DNA of 64,000 nucleotides, taken from the NCBI GenBank assembly GCA_963755915.1, contig CAVWLP010000002.1, forward strand, positions 960,001 through 1,024,000, written 5' to 3'. The notes beneath the pieces are model-generated. The model ran no database searches, had not been told where the DNA came from, and worked only from the letters and a program-made list of their open reading frames with translations. The position numbers and the translations under genes were made by a program. This document shows positions 1-10,952 of the stretch, in pieces. This stretch comes from an uncultured Phycisphaerales bacterium (GTDB lineage: Bacteria; Planctomycetota; Phycisphaerae; Tepidisphaerales; Tepidisphaeraceae). The number at the start of each line of letters is the position of its first letter. Positions within the stretch are counted from its first letter, which is position 1.

Positions 1-2330
1 CTTCCTTGTGGCCGGCGCGGACGAGGATGGCGCCGACGACGCCGATGCCCATGCCGCCGACGCCGCTCATGTGGACGCGCCAGACGCTGCCGGGCGCGGC
101 CATGTCGTGCACGCGGCGGGCGTCGGGGAGCTTGTCGAGATCCAGATTGCGGCAGCGTATAGCGCCGGCGCTTGCTGCGGATGACGGTCACCTGCTCGAA
201 GCTGGGGCAGGGTTTGACCGAATCGGCAATCGTCGTTGCTGGTGCGGACGCGCTCGCAGGCGCCGTCGTTCACGCACCAGGTGAGATCGGTGTCGATCTT
301 CTTGCCGTAATCGGTGTCGATGGAGGTCAGGCCCGGGCAGGCGGTGGCCTTGGTGCATTCCAGGCAGTTTTCGCACACCTCCGGCGTGATGTTCATGTGC
401 GTCTTGCGCGGGAGATAGCCGAATTTCTTGACGGTCTTCCGCTCTTCCTTGCAGAACGCCGGCGGTGGTAGGTGATGCCGCATTCCTTGTCGGCGATGAC
501 GACCTTCACGCCGTCGGTGAGGATGGTGCGTTCCAGGACGGCTTTGTAGCTGCGGCCGGTCGGCGGGTGAGAGCTTGATGACCGTCAGCGGGCTGGTGCC
601 GGCCATGCCGCGGACGATCTCCTCGATGTCCTGGATGTAGGAGCGGTTGCCGAGCACGTCGAATTCGGTGCCGGCGTGTTCCTGGTGGCCGGTCATCGCG
701 GTGGTCTTGTTTTCGAGGATGATGTAGGTGATGTCCTGGCTGGCCTTGATGGAGTTGCTGATGGCGATCTGGCCGGAGTGGAAAAAGGTGCCGTCGCCCA
801 TGAAGACGATCTGCTTGTTGGTGATGAACGGGTCGATGCCGGAGCCGGTGCCGCCGCCGAGGCCCATGCCGCTGTAGTTGTGCATGAGTTGCTTGGTGGG
901 GGCGAACATGAGCATGGTGTAGCAGCCGGTGTCGCCGTGGGCGACGAGATCGACCGGGCCCGCTGCCGTGGTGCTCGGGCCATGTAGTTCGGGTCGGCGA
1001 GGTTTTGGCGAAGTTCCAGGAGCGTGGCCGAGCTGTCGCGATGCGGGCAGCCGGGGCAGAACGTCGGCGTGCGGGGAACGATCGCGCTGTGAAAGCACCT
1101 CCAGCTTCGGCTTGCTGGCGCGGCGGATGCGCTCGATTTCGGCGGTCAGGCGGCCGTTGCGGCGATGGGGGTCGATCTCCGTCGTTGCCTGGATCAGCGG
1201 GATAATCCGCTGGGCCAGGACGGAGAAATTCAGCCCGCGGGTTTCGGGGATTCCCTCGAGCTTGCCGGGGAATGTTTTTCCGTAGAGCCGCCCGGCCAGA
1301 TTGGACGGCCTCCGCCTGGGGCAACGCGTGGAAGAGCGCGTCGCGGATATTTTTCTCCAGGAAACTGCGCCGCTCTTCGATGACGATCATGTTCTTGCAC
1401 AGCGCCGAGAATTCGCGACGAGGGCGACGTCGGCGGGATAGCTCATGCCCATGTGCAGGATGGGGAACATGTCGGCGAGGCCCAGGTCGTACAGAACGTG
1501 CTGGAGATAGGGGCCGCCCATGCCGGTGACGATGAAGCCCAGCGGCGAGGGATTGGCGGCGTCGCGATCGGTGGCGGGAATAATGCGATTGATCCCCAGC
1601 TCGCGGGCGGCCGCATGGTCGTGGCGAAGCGCTCGGGGAAGAGCAGCTCTTGTTTCCAGGTGCGCGGCGGGAGCAGGACCTTGTTCAGGTCGATCTGCGC
1701 GGTGTCGAGGGCGATCTTCTGGTTGGTGTTGAGGGTGGGGAACTGATTGGGCCGGCAGAGGACGGTGCCGCCGCCGTCGGCGTGGGCGACGGTGACGATA
1801 TACCCGATGTAAAGCCCCGCCGATTGGCTGAGCTTGAAGGAGAGGTCGATCCAGTCTTTCAGTTCCTGGGGCGAGCCGGGTTCGACGACGGGCATGCGCA
1901 GATGTTCGCAGAGGAAACGGCTGTCGGCCGGAACCTGGGTGCTGTCGCACCAGGGGTCGTCTCCCATGATGATGACGGCGCCGCCCTGCGGGTGCGCGCC
2001 GGCGAGGTTGCCCAGGGCCAGGGCGTCGGAGGCGACGTGTACGCCGACGCTTTTAAAAGCGGCGATGGCGCGGGTCGGGGCCATCTGCGAGCCATTGACG
2101 GCGGCGACGGAGATGGCTTCGTTATTGGCCTGGAAGGCGCGGATGCCCTTGGCGCTGAGGAGGTCGCCGATGTCGCCCATGACGTCGAAGAATCCGGCGA
2201 CGGGGGAGCCGGGATAGCCGGTGAGCAGGTGGACGCCCCCCTCGGTTTCCAGAGCGCCTTTGATAAGGAGTTCATTCCCGGTGAAGACTTCGCGGCCGGA
2301 ATCGGCCAGAAAGCGCGGATCGGTAGCCAT
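1..2330 (-). CDS. Indolepyruvate ferredoxin oxidoreductase-family protein, fused alpha/beta type (3' end runs off window; several apparent frameshifts)
   Basis: ORF pieces 1443..2330, 506..1390 and 67..1098. Motifs: N-terminal FTGNE..LTGYPGSP..NEA, TPP-binding GDGTFFHSG..ENKTTAMTGHQ, ferredoxin CENCLEC..CP / CVNDGAC, and GVGGMGIGVVGAIL at the window edge. Confidence 0.85.
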
Positions 2331-2592
2331 TTTTCAGTCTGCCTTTTGCGGGCCCCGGATTTTTCCGGGATCGGCGTGGCTTACCCTCGACAAGCTCAAG
2401 GGCAGGAGACGCCGGTCAGTCACCGCAAGGAAAAAGACTTTTGGCCCCTCCGGGATTTAATGGCCGGATGGGGCCGGTGTTAGCCCATGGTCCTGTATCG
2501 GACGAATGGGGGAAACGAATGGAATTGTATACGAAGGGAGGGGGAAATGCACAAGCGGGGGACAATTTTAGGGAAATTCCCAATGTCAAACG

Positions 2593-2621
2593 AAAAAAGC
2601 CGTTTCCGGGACATAAACGGC
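2593..2621 (-). terminator. Rho-independent terminator after the PEP-CTERM pair
   Basis: Minus strand reads GCCGTTT-loop-AAACGGC followed by TTTTTT, about 35 nt after the stop at 2655. Confidence 0.7.
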
Positions 2622-2654
2622 CTCTCAGGTTAATTCAATTTTTATCGCGAAATC

Positions 2655-3308
2655 TCAAGCCTTGCGGCGGCGCCGCAGGCAAAGTGCGCCGGAACTGACG
2701 CAGATCAGGGAAACCGTTGCGGGCTCGGGCACGGTATTGGGAACGATAACTGCCACACTGCCATTGCCGCCATCCTGGACAACCGCATTTCCAATCGTGT
2801 ACGAGGTGGCGTCCGTTTTGACAAACAGAACGTCGGTTGTCTCGCCTTGAGGGACAGCATTTGCCGCGAGGAACTCAAAGCCAACATTATCCCCGCTGGC
2901 ACTTCGCGTGATAGGAGTGGGAGCAACATTCGGGCCCGTCAGATAGTCCGCGTCGGTGGTAAAGCCGGTGTATCCGCCGACCGTGAGATGCTCGATTGTG
3001 TCCAGGCTATTGGCGCTATTTGTGAATTGGTAAAGAAAATCGTAATCACCGGTAGACGAATCGAGGACCGCCTCCGAAGTGATCGTACCGGTAAAGACGG
3101 CAACGCTCGAGGCGTTCGTGCCGGTGAACGGTACATTCGAAAGTGTATCTGCCACTGAGCCGCTGACGGTTTCGGTCCCCGTTGGGGTCTCAGTTTGTCC
3201 CGGAAGAATAATTACAGCGCACGCCTGTGGCGAAAAGCTTAGCGCCGCGAAAAGTAAGGCGAAGGCCAAACCCACGCCACTGGAGATTCGAGCATTTTTC
3301 GTTCCCAT
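2655..3308 (-). CDS. PEP-CTERM sorting-domain surface protein
   Basis: Signal peptide, Ser/Thr/Gly-rich body, C-terminal VPEPATVSLICVSSGALCLRRRRKA. Confidence 0.9.
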   Translation of the reverse strand: MGTKNARISSGVGLAFALLFAALSFSPQACAVIILPGQTETPTGTETVSGSVADTLSNVPFTGTNASSVAVFTGTITSEAVLDSSTGDYDFLYQFTNSANSLDTIEHLTVGGYTGFTTDADYLTGPNVAPTPITRSASGDNVGFEFLAANAVPQGETTDVLFVKTDATSYTIGNAVVQDGGNGSVAVIVPNTVPEPATVSLICVSSGALCLRRRRKA

Positions 3309-3358
3309 GTTTTACTCCACTCCCAAATCCCATTTGTGCCGAACAATCGATCTACCTT

Positions 3359-4075
3359 TCACTTCCCACGACTGCGACGTCGCGACATCAACATACCGCC
3401 CGTCATCAGCAATAAACCTACAGAAGCCGGCTCCGGTACAGGCGGCGAGCTAAAACCATACGCAGGAACCACGGCAAATGCGTCGGCTGGCTCATCGTCC
3501 GTTATGGCAGCGTTCCCGTTTGTGTAGCCCGCTGAATTAGTTTCGATAAGTAGTGTGTACGACGTCGTGCCCGGGCCCAGAGTGCTGGCCGGATTGCCCG
3601 GGTCGAAATCCCACCCGATGTTCGAGCCGGTTACATCGCTGGTCGCGTCGGTGGGTATAACGCTGCCACTGAAGCCATTAGCGGCATTGCCTGTCGAATA
3701 CCCTACATACGTAGTGAAAGTGGAAAAGCTGGATAGGGTTAGGTTGGCGATCGAATCGGTGCTGCCGGCATTGTCTGTGATCTGGTATAGAAAATCGTAT
3801 TGGGGAGATGCTACAGTTCCGACGTTGATCGCTTCACTGAAAAGAGAGCCGCTATAGACAGATGTGCTGAAATTCTGCGTTTCAGCGGCCACCACTGTTC
3901 CAAATGTCGGCGTCGGTAGCGTTCCATTGGGCGTTGTACTGGGAACCGGGTTTACGTCCCCTCCCGGATTCAATATCACCACTCCCGGCGTCAGGATTAT
4001 TCCCGCATGAGCTTTGTCAACCGCCAAACCGGCGGCGGCGATAAGCAGAGCTACGGATTTAAACTTCTTGCACAT
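3359..4075 (-). CDS. PEP-CTERM sorting-domain surface protein (paralog of 2655..3308)
   Basis: Signal peptide ending AHA, C-terminal VPEPASVGLLLMTGGMLMSRRRSRGK, GGAGGAG RBS upstream. Confidence 0.9.
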   Translation of the reverse strand: MCKKFKSVALLIAAAGLAVDKAHAGIILTPGVVILNPGGDVNPVPSTTPNGTLPTPTFGTVVAAETQNFSTSVYSGSLFSEAINVGTVASPQYDFLYQITDNAGSTDSIANLTLSSFSTFTTYVGYSTGNAANGFSGSVIPTDATSDVTGSNIGWDFDPGNPASTLGPGTTSYTLLIETNSAGYTNGNAAITDDEPADAFAVVPAYGFSSPPVPEPASVGLLLMTGGMLMSRRRSRGK

Positions 4076-4497
4076 TTCTCGCTCCTCCCCCTATTCACCG
4101 AGGGATATTTAAAACACACATATTTTTTCCGCCAGCTACCATTCGCTTTACTGCGGATAGCATCCGCATTGTTCGCAGGGCTCAGCCATAGTAGAGGGAG
4201 GTACGCATTTGCTGTTTACGCCTCCAAGGGATGTAACTCAATGCTGACGCAATAGATTCCCAAAATGTCGCAAATGTGTCAAGAAATAAATGGTGAGCGG
4301 CCGCTCAAAATTGGGGCATTTTTGCGGGAATAAAATGGAAACGGCGTTAATTCAGGAAGTCTATAGGAATTGGGGCGCGGTTAATATGAACGTATCTCTT
4401 GAATGCTAAAGGTTATGTGGAGGCTGCAAATGCTGAGTTTGCTACGGCTTGCGGGGTTCAGATAACAGGGCAGAAAAAGCGAAAAATCAAAATAATT

Positions 4498-5988
4498 TTA
4501 TCTCTGGGCCGAGATCAGAATGACCCATGAGGAACTGATCGACGCCCCGGGCGGCCTGGCGGCCTTCGCTGATGGCCCAGACGATGAGGCTCTGTCCGCG
4601 GCGAATGTCGCCGGCGGCAAAGACGCCGGGGATGCTGGTGGCGTAGTTTTCGTCGCAGGCGACATTGCCGCGGGAATCGAGCTTGAGCCCAAGCTGGCCG
4701 ATGGGGCCGTCGTGCTCGGGGTGGACGAAGCCGAGGGCGAGCAGGCACAGATCGCAATCAAGCTCGAATTCGCGAGCCGGGGACTTCTTTCATCGACAGC
4801 CGGCCGCTGTGGTCTTTGGCCCACTCCAGGCGGATGCCCAGGAGTTTTTTAACGACGCCGTTTTCGCCGGTGAATGCCTTGGTGTTGATCGAAAAATCGC
4901 GGATTTCGTGCCCGGCGAGTTCGTTGGCTTCCTCGTGGGCACTGCTGGTGCGGAAGATCATCGGCCACTCGGGCCAGGGTTTGAGCTTTCCTTCGGCGAC
5001 GGATTCGAGCGAGCGGGCATCAAGCGGCCGCGGCAGCAGCTCGAATTGCTTGACCGATTTGCACCCCTGTCGGATGCAGGTGCCCAGGCAGTCGGCGCCG
5101 GTGTCGCCGCCGCCGAGGATGATCACGTGCTTGTCCTTCGCGTCGATGAAATCGCTGTCCGGGATCTGATCGCCAAGATTCCTTTTGTTCTGCAGGGGCA
5201 GGTAATCCATGGCGAGGTGGATGCCGGCGAGATTTCGGCCCGGGGACGTCGAGATCGCGCGCCTTGGTGCTGCCGCCGCACAGGACGATGGCATCGAAGT
5301 CGCGGCGGAGATCGCCGACTTTCACGTTGTGGCCGACGTTGGCATTCGTCACGAACTTAATTCCCTCTTCCTCCATCAGCTTGACGCGGCGATCGACGAA
5401 GCGTTTTTCGAGCTTGAAGTTGGGGATGCCGTACATCAGCAACCCGCCGATGCGGTCGGCCCGCTCGAAGACGGTCACGGTATGACCGGCTTTATTGAGC
5501 TGCGCCGCGGCGGCAAGGCCCGCCGGGCCGGAGCCGACGACCGCGACCTTCTTGCCCGTGCGTTTTTCCGGCGGCTGCGGCTTGATCCACCCTTCGCTAA
5601 ACGCGTGCTCGATGATGCTCAGCTCGATATTCTTGATCGTGACCGGTTTGTTGTTGATCCCCAGTACGCACGCTTCTTCGCAGGGGGCGGGGCAGACCCG
5701 GCCCGTGAATTCCGGGAAATTGTTGGTCTTAAAGAGCATCTCCAGCGCTTCGCGCCAGCGGTTGCGATAGACCAGGTCGTTCCATTCGGGAATGATGTTT
5801 CCCAGCGGGCATCCGCTCCCGCTGTTGCAGAAGGGAACGCCGCAGTCCATGCAGCGGGCCCCCTGCTTGCGCAGCTTGTCTTCGGGGAAGTCGTTGTAAA
5901 CTTCGTCCCAGTCCAGCAGGCGCAGCTTGACGGCACGCCGGGAGGGCGTTTCGCGGTTGATTTCTTTGAAGCCGGTGGGTTTGCCCAT
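4498..5988 (-). CDS. gltD: Glutamate synthase small subunit (apparent frameshifts near 5240 and 4770)
   Basis: MGKPTGF start, [41 protein letters not shown]. Confidence 0.95.
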
Positions 5989-5993
5989 GTGTT

Positions 5994-6160
5994 AAATCCG
6001 AAACCAGAAACCAGCCTTCGACAGGCTCAGGCCCTGAGCGAGCGGAGCGAGTCGCGGGGAAACCAGAATCAAGTCCCGAATGACGAAATCCGAAGGGACC
6101 ATCATTCGGTCATTCGAGTTTTGGGCTTGATTCGTCATTCGGATTTCTGGTTTCGGGTTT
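5994..6160. repeat. Long imperfect intergenic inverted repeat of 7-nt units with a nested REP-like element
   Basis: AAATCCGAAACCAGAAA (5994) pairs with TTTCTGGTTTCGGGTTT (~6144-6160). Inner CCTTCGACAGGCTCAGG..CCTGAGC..GTCG at 6015-6058. Confidence 0.75.
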
Positions 6161-6165
6161 ATCAA

Positions 6166-9100
6166 TCACGCTTGTCTTTGCGCCAATTGCCGCGCCCGTT
6201 CCTCGACCTCCGCCTTGTGTTCGAGCACCCTCCGATAGTCCGTCGGCATCACTTTCACGAACCACTTCAGTTCCTCGTCGAAGTCGTTGAGAATCGCCTT
6301 GGCCACGGGGCTGGCGGTAAATTTGTGGTGGTTTTCGAGCAGTTGGCGGATGGTGTCGCGGTCTTCCGGTTTGTCGGGCTGCTCAAGAGCAACCATCTCT
6401 CGGTTGCACAGGTCCTTGAAGAGGCCGGAACTGTCGTAGACGTATGCGATCCCGCCCGACATTCCCGCGGCGAAATTGCGGCCGGTGGGTCCGATGACGA
6501 CGACGCGTCCGCCGGTCATGTATTCGCAGCCGTGGTCGCCGACAGCCTTCGACGACGGCGGAGGCGCCGCTGTTGCGGACGCAGAAGCGTTCGCCGACGA
6601 CGCCGCGGAGATAAATTTCGCCTTCGATGGCGCCGTAGCCGATGACGTTGCCGGCGATGATATTTTCCTCGGCCTTGAAGGTGGAATTCTTGGGCGGATA
6701 GACGATGACGCGCCCGCCGGAGAGGCCCTTGCCGCAATAGTCGTTGGCGTCGCCTTCCAGTTCGAGGGTTACGCCGCGGGCCAGGAAGCACCCAAAGCTC
6801 TGCCCGGCCGAGCCCTGGAATTTGAAGTGGATGGACCCGTCGGGCAGCCCGGCGTGGCCGTGCTTTTTGGCGATTTCGCTGGAGAGGATCGCACCGACGG
6901 TGCGGTTGACGTTGATGATGGGCAGCTCCGCCGAGACTTTTTCGCCGCGCTCCAGCGCCGGCTGCGCGAGCTTGAGCAGCCGATTGTCCAGGGCGGCGTC
7001 GAGGCCGTGGTCCTGCTTCATGACGTTGCGCACCGCGACGGTTGGCGGAACATCCGGCTTGTGCAGCACGACCGAGAGGTCCAGGCTCTTTGCTTTCCAG
7101 TGATTGCTGAGGTCGGCAAATTCAAGCATCTGCGTCTGGCCGACCATCTCATCAAATTTCCGGAAGCCCATCTGCGCCATAAGATGGCGGACTTCTTCGG
7201 CAATGAAGAACATGAAGTTGATCACGTGCTCCGGTTTGCCGGTGAATTTCTTGCGCAGTTCCGGGTCCTGCGTGGCGATGCCGACCGGGCAGGTGTTGAG
7301 ATGGCAGACGCGCATCATGATGCAGCCCGACGCGATGAGCGGCCCAGTGCTGAACCCGAATTCTTCGGCCCCCAGAAGCGCGCCGATGACGACATCGCGC
7401 CCGGTCTTAAGCTGCCCATCGGTCTGAAGAACGATACGGCCCCGCAGATCGTTAAGGACCAGCGTCTGCTGGGTTTCGGAGACGCCCAGCTCCCACGGAA
7501 TGCCGGCATACTTGATGCTCGTGAGCGGGGAAGCGCCGGTCCCGCCGCTGTCGCCGCTGATGAGGATGTGATCGGCCTTCGCCTTGGCCACTCCCGCGGC
7601 CACCGTGCCGACGCCCACTTCGCTGACCAGCTTCACGCTGATCCGCGCCTGCGGTTGCTGTTCTTCAAATCGTGGATGAGCTGGGCGAGGTCCTCAATCG
7701 AATAAATGTCGTGATGCGGCGGCGGTGAGATAAGCCCGACGCCCGGCGTCGAATGCCGGATCTTCCCGATGTACTCATCGACTTTGTGCCCTGGCAGTTG
7801 GCCCCCCTCGCCGGGCTTGGCGCCCTGGGCCATCTTGATCTGCAATTCCTCGGCGTTGATGAGATATTCCGCGGTCACCCCAAATCGCGCCGAGGCCACC
7901 TGCTTGATCGCCGAGCGGCGCAGCACCTGCGAACCCGGCAGCGTCTCATGAACAACCTTCAATTGCGAAGAGACGATCGGCTTGCCTGCTTTATCGCGAT
8001 CCGGCTGGAATCGCTCCGGGTCTTCGCCCCCTTCGCCGGTATTGCTCTTGCCGCCGATGCGGTTCATGGCGATGGCCAGATTTTCGTGTGCTTCCTTGCT
8101 GATCGATCCGAAGCTCATCGCCCCGGTCACGAAGCGCTTGACGATCTCGCTGGCCGGCTCCACTTCCGCCAGCGGAATCGGATGGGCCGTTTTGCGGAAG
8201 TTCAGCAGCCCGCGAAGCGTGCAGCGATGCCGGGATTCATCATCGCAGAGTTTTGTGTATTCCTGGAATGCCTTGAACCCATCGATGGGCTTGGTGATCC
8301 CCAGCCGCACGGCATGCTGGATTTTGCCGATCGACTCAGGGTTCCACATGTGATATTCGCCGTCGCGCCGCCACTGGTAGTTTCCGCCGTTGTCGAGCAC
8401 TTCGCCGTTGACGCGAATGGGCGGGTAGCCGTGGCGATGCCGCATGAGCGATTCGCGGGCGATAACGTCCAGATCGACGCCGTTGATTCGGCTCGACGTG
8501 TTGGTGAAAAATTTTTCGATGACCCGGCCGCTTAGCCCGATCGCCTCGAAAATCTGCGCACCGCGATAGCTCTGCACGGTGCTGATGCCCATCTTGCTGG
8601 CGACCTTGAGGATCGCCTTGTTGGCGGCCTTGATGAAATTCTTCGTCGCCTGTTCGAGCGTCACGTTTTCCGGAAGCAGCCCGTCCTTTTGCAGATCGGT
8701 AAGCGTTTCGAAGGCGAGATACGGGTTGATCGCCCCGGCCCCATACCCGATCAGCAGGCAGAAATGATGCGATTCGCGCGCTTCACCGGTTTCGATCACC
8801 AACCCGCACTGGGTGCGCGTTCCCTCGCGGATGAGATGGTGATGCACCGCTGCGGTCGCCAGCAGGCTGGGGATCGGCACGTGCTGCGCATCGACGCCGC
8901 GATCCGATAGAACGATGATCGACGCCCCTTCCCGCACCGCCTTCGCGGCCGCGCCGCACAGCGCATCGACAGCTTTTTCCAGCCCGGCTTCGCCTTCAAT
9001 CACCGGGAAAAGCATCGGAATCGTGACGGCGCGCAAATCGCCGTGCGAAACCTCGCGAATTTTTTCCAGGTCGCTGTTGGAAAGAATCGGCTGCTTGAGC

Positions 9101-10798
9101 TTCACCAGATGGCAAGCCTTGGGCTCTTCGCTGATCAGATTCCCCTCGCGGCCGAGATAAGTGTAAAGGCTGGTCACCAATTCCTCGCGAATCGCGTCCA
9201 GCGGTGGATTGGTGACTTGCGCAAAGAGCTGCCGGAAATAATTGTAAAGAAGCTGCGGCTTATCGCTGAGGCACGCCAGCGGCGTGTCCGCCCCCATCGA
9301 CCCAATGGCTTCCTGCCCCGTGGCCGCCATCGGCATCATGATCATCTTCAGGTCTTCGACCGTATACCCAAAAGCATGCTGCCGCACGCGAAGGGTGTCG
9401 TGATCCACTTCCTGAACCGCCCGCGGCGCCGGCAGGTCGTCCAGCGGAATCATGTACAGGTTCAGCCACTCTTTCCACGGCCGCTTTTCGACGAGATCAC
9501 GCTTGATCTCGTTGTCATCGATGATCCGCCCCTGCTTGAAATCGATCAGGAAAATCTTCCCCGGCTGCAGCCGCCATTTCCGCGCCACGTTCTCCGGCTT
9601 CACGTGCAATACGCCCACCTCGCTGGCCATGATGACCATGTCATCCTTGGTGACGTAATACCGGCTGGGCCGAAGCCCGTTACGGTCCAGCACCGCCCCA
9701 ACCTGCGCCCCGTTGGTAAACACAATGCTTGCCGGGCCGTCCCATGGCTCCATCAGGCAGGCGTGATATTCGTAAAAAGCCTTCAGCTCCTCATCCATCT
9801 TGTGATTGTTCTGCCAGGCCTCCGGAATGAGCATCAGCATGCTGTGGGCAAGGCTTCGGCCGTTGAGCGTGAGGAACTGGAGGGCGTTGTCGATGGTGGC
9901 CGTATCGGAGCCCGATTCGGTGAGGATCGGAAACATCTTCTGCAAGCTCATCCCCGAAAACTTCAGACTGGAGCGACCCATATCGGGCCCGCATCCAGTT
10001 TCGATTTCCCCGCAGCGTATTGATTTCGCCGTTATGAGCCAGATACCGATAAGGATGGGCCCGGTCCCATGAGGGGAAGGTGTTGGTGCTGAATCGGGAA
10101 TGGATTACCGCCAGCGCCGACTCAAAATCCGGCTCGCCGAGATCGGGGAAAAACTTGCGGACCTGGTGAGCCGTCAGCATCCCCTTGTAGATGATGCGCG
10201 AAGCGCTCAGGCGCAGATGTAAAACATGTTGCGGGCGGCTTCGGGAAGATCGCTGAATTCGATCAGGTTTTCAGTTCGCTGGCGGACGAGATAAAGCCGC
10301 CGGTCGAAATCCTGCCGGTTATAAAAGCTCGACCCCATCCCCACGAAGATCTGCCGAATCCGCGGCTCGCACTTGCGAGGGGTCGGCCCGATGTGGCGGT
10401 TGTCGGTCGGCACATCACGCCACCCAAGCGTCACCATCCCATAATCAGAAACCACTTTTTCGAGGGTTCGCTCGACATTCATTCCGCTGTGCCGCATCCT
10501 GCGGCAGAAAGATGTTGCCAACCCCATACTGATTCAGCGGCGGAAGCGTAAACCCCAGCTCAGCACACTTCCTGCGTAAAAAAGCATCAGGCAGCCGCAC
10601 CAGAATGCCCGCCCCATCCCCGCTATCCGGCTCACACCCACAGGCCCCCCGGTGGTTCATGTTATCAAGCATCTCCAATGCTTGTAACACGATGCGGTTA
10701 CTGGCTTTACCCTTGATATGGCAAAGAAAGCCGACGCCGCAGGCGTCGTGCTCTTGCTGAGGATCATACAGGCCCTGTGCGGGCGGATAGCCTTTCAT
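6166..10798 (-). CDS. gltB: Glutamate synthase large subunit (several apparent frameshifts)
   Basis: EHDACGVGF Ntn site, [73 protein letters not shown]-terminal domain. Confidence 0.97.
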
Positions 10799-10952
10799 AG
10801 TGGCAGTACTGGGTTAAAGGCCAGCGCAGAACAAATCGAGCCGTGTTTTATAGCGAAATGGTTAAGCGACCACAAATATATTTGCGCGGCAGCGGTTGCG
10901 ATGACAGTAAGACGCGGGTTGATAATAGTCAATAAATTTGCTGAATTCGGGG

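Noticed and set aside
4076-4497. Sigma-54 promoter or c-di-GMP riboswitch upstream of the PEP-CTERM genes
   Set aside because: The best GG..GC candidate has 9-nt rather than 10-nt spacing, and no riboswitch consensus was found.
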